Below are positions 1 through 7,098 of a stretch of 38,717 nt of DNA, in pieces. How positions within the stretch are numbered: position 1 is the first letter of the stretch; each line of letters opens with the position of its first letter. Below the pieces are notes generated by a model, which was given only the letters and a program-made list of their open reading frames with translations, ran no database searches and was not told the origin of the DNA. Made by a program: the position numbers and the translations under genes. Source of the DNA: Hydrogenothermaceae bacterium (lineage in GTDB: Bacteria; Aquificota; Aquificia; Aquificales; Hydrogenothermaceae); assembly GCA_026984355.1 (NCBI GenBank), contig JALSSG010000195.1:1-38717 (forward strand), read 5' to 3'.

Positions 1-2877
1 CCAGTTTCCACCAAATTTTAGATGGCCCCAACCATCAGACATTTCAAGAAGGTTTAGTAAATCTCCAACAACTTCATTATGACATTTATTATTTTTAAAG
101 AATAAAGGCTCCCATCCATGCTCTATGATTATTGCATCCTTTGGTGCAGAAGGATAAAGTTTTGCCATAGCATAGAACTCACCTAAAGCATTAAATACTC
201 TTACTTCATCTCCATCTTTTATTCCTTTTTTCTTAGCTATCTCTGGATTTATCATCACATATGGTTTTCCTCTCTGGAGTCTTAGTAGTATCTTTGAAGT
301 TTTATATGTTGAGTGAATTGACCATCTTGCGTGAGGTGACATTAGAACAAACGGATATCTTTTTGGTCTTATAGGTTCTTTTGCTGTTGGCAATGCTGCA
401 CCAAATTCTATCCATAAATCATGGTCTACATAATAAGTGAGTCTTCCTGATAAAGTTTCAAATCTTTCAAATAAGAAAAGATTATTCTCAAATGAATTAT
501 ATGGTTTATCTGGATAAAGAGGTGATGATTTACCAGCTTTATCATTTAACATTAAGAAACCACCTCTTTTTCTCATAGATTCAATAGTATTTGGTTTAAA
601 CTGGTCTACATTTTCAAGGGCAAATTCTACTGCATCTTTATCACTTCTTACCTTACCACCTATAGTATATTCTTCAACAAGCTTATCTAGTTCTCTGTAC
701 CCTGTTTTACTGTGAGTTGGGTCAGGGATTTTTATAAATCTTTCTGGATTAGAATCTCCCCTTTTCTTAGCTTCTTCATAGTGCTTTAATGCTATTTCTT
801 GAAGCTTTTCTACTATAAGAGTACAGATTTCCCATTCTGATTTAGCCTCGCCTACAGGTTTCAAGTTGGCAGGTGGCTGAGCTAAGTTAGCATATCTATG
901 ATAACCAGGGTTTGTTCTTAAATCCCAAACTTCATAATGAGATTTCGCTGGTAATACTATATCTGCATATTGAGCTGTTGAGTTCATTCTAAAGTCAACA
1001 TATGCAAAGAATTTAGCTTTCTTTAGGAAAGCTTCTCTATAAGTACTTCCTTTATTCCTTCTAAATCTTGAATCAGCAAATATAAGGAAAGTTTCTACTG
1101 TATCCCAGTATGGTTTTCCATCTTTTTTATGTAGATTATCTTTCCATTTTTCATCTGTTCCAAAGTTAGCAAGCGTCTCTTTTACTCTTTTTATATATTC
1201 ATCTTTTGATAACCCTGTTGCTCTTTTTACATCTTCATCTTCATAAAGTTTTTCAGCATCTTTTAACATATTACCTAACACAAATTCACTTACAAAACCT
1301 GAAGCAAATCTAAATTGATACTTGCCTGCAAAACCAGAAAGTTTACCCATTCCAGATATAGCCCATTCATTTTCTGTGTTTAATCCACCATAAGGTCCTA
1401 ACTTTCCAACAAGTCCTGGTATAGATGCAACTGCTCTATGAGAGAGTAAACCGTTAAAGTATTTACCAAGTGTAAATCCTACATTTATCTCAACAACTTT
1501 ATTTAAAGCTATATCTTTTGCTAATTGTTCTACAATTGTTGGATGAACACCTGTTAATTTCCATGTTTTTTCTGCAGAGAACTTTTTAGCTTCTTCCTTT
1601 AGAAGTTCAAATACTGTTGTAACCTTTACTTTAGAGCCATCTTTTAGTGTTACCTCCCATGTACCTTCTAAAGCTGGATCTATATCCCATCCTACATCTT
1701 TTAACCTTAAGGTTGGAACCGGGCATCCTTCAGTTCCTGGCATTAGTGTTAATTTATTTGTTTTTGTATTCCAACAGAAGAAACATGCTTCTGGTTCAAA
1801 TTCTTTACCTTCTGCTTTTTCTTCAAAAGTTTTATAAATTTCTTCATCAAATTCAGCTGGAGGATTTTCTATATCTATATCTGACATCCTAAGTAACTTT
1901 TTGTTATCAAGTCTTACTAAGAAAGGTAAATCTGTAAATACTTTTACAAAACCTTCCTTATAAAGTTTTTTCTGAATTATCTCATTAATAACAGCCATTG
2001 CAAGAAATGCATCATATCCAGCCTTTACCGGAACCCATAAATCTGCATGTATCGCTGTAGCATTAAAATCTGGTGTAATAACTATAACTTTCGAACCGTT
2101 ATATTTTCCTTCCCAAACAAAATGAGCATCAGGTATTCTTGTTTTATTTGGGTCCATACCCCAATAAACCTGTACATCTGTAACATATTGAAAATCCCAT
2201 GAACAACCTATATTACCTTCGCCATAAACTATAGAAACACCCTGAAACATATCACCAACATAAGATGCTATATATGGTCTTACAGCACCAAGAAGTGTTC
2301 CAAGTCTCTTACCTGAAGCTGCTCTTGCTTCTGTAAGCATTCCAGAACCTACATGTATATATAAACCTTCCGGTCCCTTCTCTAACATTGTTTTATATAT
2401 GTTTTCTGCTATCTCTGTTATCGCTTCATCCCACGTTATTCTTTTCCACTGTCCAGAGCCTCTTTCACCTACTCTTTTCAAAGGATATAAAAGCCTATCT
2501 TTTTCATACATTATTTGAGAGTGCTGTACTCCTTTATTACATCCTCTTGGGTTAAAGTCAGGGATTTTTGGATTTATAGGTGTGTAGTTTGCTACCTGAT
2601 TTTCTCTTGTAACGATACCATTATCTACCCAGACATCCCATGCACAGTTACCCTGACAGTTTACACAGTGATACGCTGTACCGTGTTCTTCTTTTTTACC
2701 ATAAGTATAGGCAAACTCTTTTCTATACATATTTTCTGTATATGAGGTATTTGGATAAGAAGCTCTTGGATCTTCTACCCAAACTGCATCCTTTGCAAAT
2801 GCAGCATTTCCTCCTAAGGTTAACCCAGCTCCCGTTGCGCTAAGGGCTTTTAAGAAGTCCCTTCTTGAAAGAGCCAT
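1..2877 (-). CDS. Tat-exported molybdopterin (bis-MGD) oxidoreductase catalytic subunit, type II DMSO-reductase family (Nar/Ser/Clr/Ddh/Ebd-like); C-terminus runs off the window
   Basis: Uninterrupted minus-strand frame from ATG at 2877 to base 1 (959 codons). It is absent from the ORF track because it is open at the edge. N-terminus MALSRRDFLKALSATGAGLTLGGNAAFA/KD is a twin-arginine signal. HCVNCQGNC (H-x3-C-x3-C, nt 2644-2670) followed by NPRGCNKG resembles the NarG-type FS0 4Fe-4S motif. GGAGG lies about 8 nt upstream of the ATG. Confidence 0.85.
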   Translation of the reverse strand, partial: MALSRRDFLKALSATGAGLTLGGNAAFAKDAVWVEDPRASYPNTSYTENMYRKEFAYTYGKKEEHGTAYHCVNCQGNCAWDVWVDNGIVTRENQVANYTPINPKIPDFNPRGCNKGVQHSQIMYEKDRLLYPLKRVGERGSGQWKRITWDEAITEIAENIYKTMLEKGPEGLYIHVGSGMLTEARAASGKRLGTLLGAVRPYIASYVGDMFQGVSIVYGEGNIGCSWDFQYVTDVQVYWGMDPNKTRIPDAHFVWEGKYNGSKVIVITPDFNATAIHADLWVPVKAGYDAFLAMAVINEIIQKKLYKEGFVKVFTDLPFLVRLDNKKLLRMSDIDIENPPAEFDEEIYKTFEEKAEGKEFEPEACFFCWNTKTNKLTLMPGTEGCPVPTLRLKDVGWDIDPALEGTWEVTLKDGSKVKVTTVFELLKEEAKKFSAEKTWKLTGVHPTIVEQLAKDIALNKVVEINVGFTLGKYFNGLLSHRAVASIPGLVGKLGPYGGLNTENEWAISGMGKLSGFAGKYQFRFASGFVSEFVLGNMLKDAEKLYEDEDVKRATGLSKDEYIKRVKETLANFGTDEKWKDNLHKKDGKPYWDTVETFLIFADSRFRRNKGSTYREAFLKKAKFFAYVDFRMNSTAQYADIVLPAKSHYEVWDLRTNPGYHRYANLAQPPANLKPVGEAKSEWEICTLIVEKLQEIALKHYEEAKKRGDSNPERFIKIPDPTHSKTGYRELDKLVEEYTIGGKVRSDKDAVEFALENVDQFKPNTIESMRKRGGFLMLNDKAGKSSPLYPDKPYNSFENNLFLFERFETLSGRLTYYVDHDLWIEFGAALPTAKEPIRPKRYPFVLMSPHARWSIHSTYKTSKILLRLQRGKPYVMINPEIAKKKGIKDGDEVRVFNALGEFYAMAKLYPSAPKDAIIIEHGWEPLFFKNNKCHNEVVGDLLNLLEMSDGWGHLKFGGNW

Positions 2878-2913
2878 TAAACTTACCTCCTAGTTTTTAG
2901 TTTCTATTTTTAG

Positions 2914-2940
2914 ATAAAAAATGGTGGGTTGCCCCACCAC
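2914..2940 (-). terminator. Intrinsic-terminator-like hairpin (7-bp G/C-rich stem, GCAA loop, U-run) between the Cys-tailed rhodanese-like gene and the molybdoenzyme gene
   Basis: Plus strand shows tGGTGGG-ttgc-CCCACCa at 2922-2939, preceded by aaaaaa at 2916-2921. The minus-strand RNA therefore reads stem, GCAA, stem, UUUUUU. Confidence 0.6.
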
Positions 2941-2947
2941 TAAGTTA

Positions 2948-3442
2948 TTATAAACAACCTCCACCACCACCCATTTTTGGTGGCTCATATTCACCATCTT
3001 CTGTTGGTAGACCAGCTTCATCCCATGCTACAACTCCACCTGCAAGGTTTTGAGCTATTTTGAATTTTTGAGCACATTTTTTGAATATCTCTGGGTCTCC
3101 ATCTCTTGATACTATTATTGTTGGGATATATGGATTAATTTGCTCAACCGCTTCTTCAGGAGCTTTTGATTCATCACAATCAGGAAGAGGAATAGCTCCA
3201 GGTAAATGAATGTCTGTATAGTATAGATACTCATCATCGTAATCTTCATCTTCTGGTTCATAAGGTCTAACATCTATTATCTGGATATTCACATTAGGAT
3301 TAGCAAGCTTTTTATATAGTTCTTGAGCTGTAACTGGTATTTGCTTTTGTAATTCTACTTCTTTCTTCCCAAAACTAACAAGTAAACCAGCAAGAACTAC
3401 AATCAAACCTATATATATTGCTCTTTCAATTTTTGGGTTCAT
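2948..3442 (-). CDS. Membrane-anchored rhodanese-homology-domain protein lacking the active-site Cys, with C-terminal GGGGGCL tail
   Basis: 164-aa ORF with an N-terminal TM (IYIGLIVVLAGLLVSF). Rhodanese-like pattern: IIDVRP...HLPGAIPLP...PTIIVSRDGDPE...LAGGVVAWDEAGLP. The loop position normally holding Cys is Ser. The protein ends ...EPPKMGGGGGCL. Confidence 0.75.
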   Translation of the reverse strand: MNPKIERAIYIGLIVVLAGLLVSFGKKEVELQKQIPVTAQELYKKLANPNVNIQIIDVRPYEPEDEDYDDEYLYYTDIHLPGAIPLPDCDESKAPEEAVEQINPYIPTIIVSRDGDPEIFKKCAQKFKIAQNLAGGVVAWDEAGLPTEDGEYEPPKMGGGGGCL

Positions 3443-3585
3443 TATTCTTCACCTCCTTCTTGGAGTTGTACCTGTGCTGATTGGGCTTTCTTTTCTAGGT
3501 CTGAAATTTGAGATTTTAACCCAATCAAACCAACAATAAGAACCACTATTGCTAACCAGTACAGTACTCTTTCTATCATGCTCAT
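3442..3585 (-). CDS. 47-aa single-pass membrane microprotein (not in ORF track)
   Basis: ATG at 3585. Translation: MSMIERVLYWLAIVVLIVGLIGLKSQISDLEKKAQSAQVQLQEGGEE. Its TAA stop (3442-3444) overlaps the ATG (3440-3442) of the downstream gene as TAATG. Its TM segment resembles the N-terminus of that downstream protein. Confidence 0.55.
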   Translation of the reverse strand: MSMIERVLYWLAIVVLIVGLIGLKSQISDLEKKAQSAQVQLQEGGEE

Positions 3586-3610
3586 TTGCTACACCTCTTT
3601 ATATTATTTT

Positions 3611-4741
3611 TTAATCGTATACTTCATCAGCCAATTGTTTAGCCTGAATGAATTTCATCCATCTTCCAAAGTATATTAAATTTGCTGTAAGTATTCCTAC
3701 AATAAAGAATGTTCCAGACTGAGCTATAGAACCTACTGATAAAGTAGGATATGCTGCCAGGAAAGACCCAGTAGTACACCCACCACCAATCATAGCTCCA
3801 AGGGCAAGGAAAAATCCACCAAAGAACACAAGTATAAGTCTAACCCATGGTATTGGTGTAACCGCTACAGCAAATGGCGGTGGAACTACATCAAACTTAA
3901 ATGTTTTTGATAATATAGCACTGATAAATGCTCCTGGTATTAATCCAAGTATCAACCCTGCATGCCATATAACAGTCTCATTTATAGTTGGAACTACTTG
4001 TAGCGGATGACCTAACATATGAGCAATCCATCCTACAAGTGCAAGTGCTGCTCCTGAAAATCCAAGATATTCACCCTGCACAGTAGCCCACGTTATTATA
4101 AGTCCTGCAAGTATTCCTGAAGGTAGCCAGTGCCATTCACCTCTTAACATATCTAAAAGAGAGCGAGGTTCCTGTTCTTTATAATACTTTTTAGCAGGGT
4201 CTAACCAATCAGCTATTATTGCAAATATTATGAATGCTATTCCCCATACTACTGCAACAACTCCATAAGGAAGGCCTAAAAGGCCATATAAAGTTATTTT
4301 CTCTTTCTTTGCCAGTATTCCAGCTTCTACGAGTGTAGGTTGAAGCTCATTATAAGCCAAAATTCCAGCAACAAGACCTATAACTCCTGCAATAGCTAAA
4401 AACTTACCAGCACCAACTCTGGCGACACATGTACCAGGACAAAAACCAGCTGATGCCATAGCTATACCAAATAAAAATCCACCTATAAGATGTGCTATCC
4501 CCATATATGGCATCACTCTTGGATATATATGAGTCATTTCAGCTATGCCTAAGATATCTACAAGACCATAGAGTATAGAAGACGTAGCTACACCTATAAA
4601 TGCAAATTTCATTATTTTAAGGTCTCTAAGCAGGAGCATTCCTTCCACTCTTGAATATCTTATAGCTCCTACTTTGTGTAAAACAGCACCAAATAGAGCA
4701 CCTGTTATTAAACCCATTATCAATGCATGTAGGTGCTCCAT
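3611..4741 (-). CDS. yeeE: YeeE/YedE-family sulfur (thiosulfate) transporter, copy A
   Basis: Polytopic membrane protein with the conserved Cys motifs GFCPGTC and GGGCTTG of the sulphur-transport family. I prefer the ATG at 4741 (MEHLHAL), which is preceded by AGGAGGTGA. The track's GTG start at 4750 lies inside that RBS. Confidence 0.85.
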   Translation of the reverse strand: MEHLHALIMGLITGALFGAVLHKVGAIRYSRVEGMLLLRDLKIMKFAFIGVATSSILYGLVDILGIAEMTHIYPRVMPYMGIAHLIGGFLFGIAMASAGFCPGTCVARVGAGKFLAIAGVIGLVAGILAYNELQPTLVEAGILAKKEKITLYGLLGLPYGVVAVVWGIAFIIFAIIADWLDPAKKYYKEQEPRSLLDMLRGEWHWLPSGILAGLIITWATVQGEYLGFSGAALALVGWIAHMLGHPLQVVPTINETVIWHAGLILGLIPGAFISAILSKTFKFDVVPPPFAVAVTPIPWVRLILVFFGGFFLALGAMIGGGCTTGSFLAAYPTLSVGSIAQSGTFFIVGILTANLIYFGRWMKFIQAKQLADEVYD

Positions 4742-4762
4742 TATAATCACCTCCTTGAAAGG

Positions 4763-5890
4763 TTAGTCATAAACTTCATCTGCTGCTTTTTTGGCCTGTA
4801 CAAATCTACTCCATCTACCAAAGTATATAAGGTTTGCAGTTAAAACCCCTATTACAAAGTAGGTGGCAGACATAGCCATAGGACCAACTGATAAAGTAGG
4901 ATATGCTGATAAAAATGCTCCGGTAGTACACCCACCACCAATCATAGCTCCAAGGGCAAGGAAAAGTCCACCAAAGAACACAAGTATAAGTCTAACCCAT
5001 GGTACTGGTGTAACCGCTACAGCAAATGGTGGTGGAACTGCATCAAACTTAAATGTTTTTGATAATATAGCACTGATAAATGCTCCTGGAAGCACTCCTA
5101 ATATTAAACCAGCATGCCACATAATTGTTTCATTTATATTTGGAACTATTTGCAGTGGATGACCTATTACATGAGCAACCCATCCTACAAGTGCAAGTGC
5201 TGCTCCTGAAAATCCAAGGTACTCACCTTGCATAGTAGCCCACGTTATTATAAGTCCTGCAAGTATCCCTGAAGGTAGCCAGTGCCATTCACCTCTTAAC
5301 ATATCTAAAAAGTTTCTATTTTCTTTTTGCTCATACTTTTTAGCAGGGTCAAACCAGTCAGCTATTATTGCAAATATTATGAATGCTATTCCCCATACTA
5401 CTGCAAGAACTCCATAAGGTATTCCTAAAAGACCATATAAAGTTATTTTTTCTTTTTGACCTAAAATACCTGCTTCTACTAAAGAAGGCTGAATAATGCT
5501 GTATATAACTATACCTAGTATAAGACCTATAACTCCTGCTGTTGCAAACCATTTACCAGCACCAACTCTGGCAACACATGTACCAGGGCAAAAACCAGCT
5601 GATGCCATAGCTATACCAAACAAAAATCCACCTATAAGGTGTGCTATCCCCATATATGGCATTACTCTTGGATGAATATTTAGTGCATCTGCATAGCCTA
5701 AGAGGTGAACAAGGCCGTAGATTATAGAAGTTGTTGCTATACCAGTGAATGCAAATTTCATTATTTTAAGGTCTCTAAGTAAGAGCATCCCTTCTACTCT
5801 TGAATATCTTATGGCTCCTACTTTATGTAAAACTATTCCAAATAAAGCTCCTGTTATTAAACCCATTATCAGTGCGTGTGTATGTTCCAT
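4763..5890 (-). CDS. yeeE: YeeE/YedE-family sulfur (thiosulfate) transporter, copy B
   Basis: 375-aa paralog of copy A with the same GFCPGTC and GGGCTTG motifs. A GGAGGT RBS sits at 5898-5903. Confidence 0.88.
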   Translation of the reverse strand: MEHTHALIMGLITGALFGIVLHKVGAIRYSRVEGMLLLRDLKIMKFAFTGIATTSIIYGLVHLLGYADALNIHPRVMPYMGIAHLIGGFLFGIAMASAGFCPGTCVARVGAGKWFATAGVIGLILGIVIYSIIQPSLVEAGILGQKEKITLYGLLGIPYGVLAVVWGIAFIIFAIIADWFDPAKKYEQKENRNFLDMLRGEWHWLPSGILAGLIITWATMQGEYLGFSGAALALVGWVAHVIGHPLQIVPNINETIMWHAGLILGVLPGAFISAILSKTFKFDAVPPPFAVAVTPVPWVRLILVFFGGLFLALGAMIGGGCTTGAFLSAYPTLSVGPMAMSATYFVIGVLTANLIYFGRWSRFVQAKKAADEVYD

Positions 5891-5905
5891 TTTCTATACC
5901 TCCAT

Positions 5906-5930
5906 AAAAAAACCGACCTGAGAAGGCCGG
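5906..5930 (-). terminator. Intrinsic-terminator-like hairpin directly abutting the yeeE-B RBS
   Basis: Minus-strand RNA reads CCGGCC-UUCUCA-GGUCGG (one G.U pair) followed by UUUUUUU, then immediately AUGGAGGU (the RBS). Confidence 0.6.
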
Positions 5931-5939
5931 CTCCTTTAA

Positions 5940-6914
5940 TTATTTTTCAATTGGAAGAGATGGATCATTACCCCATTCATCCCAAGAACCAACATATACT
6001 TTAGCTTTATCATGTCCTACAAGCTTTAAAGCAGCAAAAACAAAAGAACCTCTACCTGTACCAACGTGACAGTATGTAATTACTGTTTTGTCTGGAGTAA
6101 CACCAGCTTTTTTGAAGTATCTTTTTAGTTTTTTAAGTGGTTTAAATAGTGGTCTTCCTGGTTTTCCTGAAGGGTTTCCAGCTACTTTCTTCCACTCAAA
6201 GAATACAGCTCCAGGTATATGGCCACCTCTTTTAACCTGTATTTCTTTACCTGGCTCATATTCAGCTTTTAATAAAGCTTTTCCTACATATTCTTGAAAT
6301 CTTCTAGCATCTAATATGATGTAATGTTCTTTATCTTTGGTAGCTTTTAATACTTCTTCTTTTGTAGCAAGTATATCCCATCTTATATTTGCTTTAAATG
6401 TTTTTGGCTGTACTTTTGCATGTCCAGTTTCTAATGGATAACCTTTAGCTTCCCATGTAGCAAGTCCACCATCTAACATTTTTACCTGCCCTTTATCTGC
6501 ATCTAAACCGTAAAGATAGAGAAAATACCATACACCAGATGCATTTGGACCTCTTCCATCATCATAAGCTATAGCTGTCATATCATTACTTATACCAAGT
6601 TCTTCTCCAATAAATTTCTCTGCCCTTTCTTTACACATAGGAAGTCCATTACATTCTTTAATATCTTTTAGATAGTGTAAATCGTGAGCAGACGTTATAG
6701 CTGAACCTGGAATATGTTTTTCACATTTTTTTTCTCCATCACTACATATAAACCTAACATCTGGTTTTCCAACTAAAGCTTTAGCATCATCTACCCATAT
6801 TAAAAATGGAGCTGGTGGAGATTTTCTCTCCTTTTTAGCTGCTTGAGCTTCAAATGGCATTACTAAAGAAGCAGCTGCTATACTTAGAACTGCTGTTGAC
6901 AGTATTTTCCTCAT
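5940..6914 (-). CDS. Secreted two-domain rhodanese (thiosulfate sulfurtransferase family)
   Basis: Active-site loop YCHVGTGRGS is in the C-terminal domain. Signal peptide MRKILSTAVLSIAAASLVMPFEAQA/A. I prefer the ATG at 6914 (M39 of the track ORF) because GGAGGT lies 7 nt upstream and this start yields a canonical signal peptide. Confidence 0.85.
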   Translation of the reverse strand: MRKILSTAVLSIAAASLVMPFEAQAAKKERKSPPAPFLIWVDDAKALVGKPDVRFICSDGEKKCEKHIPGSAITSAHDLHYLKDIKECNGLPMCKERAEKFIGEELGISNDMTAIAYDDGRGPNASGVWYFLYLYGLDADKGQVKMLDGGLATWEAKGYPLETGHAKVQPKTFKANIRWDILATKEEVLKATKDKEHYIILDARRFQEYVGKALLKAEYEPGKEIQVKRGGHIPGAVFFEWKKVAGNPSGKPGRPLFKPLKKLKRYFKKAGVTPDKTVITYCHVGTGRGSFVFAALKLVGHDKAKVYVGSWDEWGNDPSLPIEK

Positions 6915-7043
6915 TGATATACCTCCTGTTTTATTTTGTGGGACTTTTTGATTTTTTTGTAGGGTGGGATATAGGTTTTTTGTGGCAGGCGCCATATGAA
7001 GAAGTTTTTTTCTTTTAAAAATAAACATTTTAAATCCATATGC

Positions 7044-7059
7044 GGATATAAATATATCC
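7044..7059. promoter_or_regulatory. Perfect 7-2-7 inverted repeat GGATATA-AA-TATATCC in the rhodanese leader (candidate operator)
   Basis: Read directly from the sequence. It lies just downstream of the candidate -10 element. The AT-rich context raises the chance of a random match. Confidence 0.3.
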
Positions 7060-7069
7060 TAACTGATAG

Positions 7070-7098
7070 ATAATATACCAATTCAGTTAAGTTAACAA
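7070..7098 (-). promoter_or_regulatory. Candidate sigma70-type promoter for the sulfur cluster (TTGTTA-17-TATTAT)
   Basis: Minus-strand hexamers are at 7098-7093 and 7075-7070 with a 17-nt spacer, about 150 nt upstream of the rhodanese ATG. Confidence 0.3.

Larger units (their letters stand above)
3611..5890. repeat. Tandem gene duplication with 1152-bp period (two yeeE copies)
   Basis: The proteins are roughly 80-85% identical by eye. A tract of about 165 nt (about 3771-3937 versus 4923-5089) differs at only about four positions. Confidence 0.9.

Noticed and set aside
1647-2843. Three plus-strand track ORFs (1647-1892, 2515-2745, 2640-2843).
   Set aside because: They lie antisense inside the long, motif-rich molybdoenzyme frame. 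Their products are low-complexity and hydrophobic, with no RBS. They are shadow ORFs.
1-2877. Possible selenocysteine recoding or frameshift in the molybdoenzyme, considered because it was missing from the ORF track.
   Set aside because: My hand translation found no in-frame stop. Its absence from the track is explained by the ORF being open at the window edge, and the same applies to the RND pump at the other end.
4863-5552. ORFs 4863-5162 (+) and 5358-5552 (-), nested in yeeE-B.
   Set aside because: They are alternative-frame or antisense shadows of a well-supported membrane protein gene, with no independent signals.
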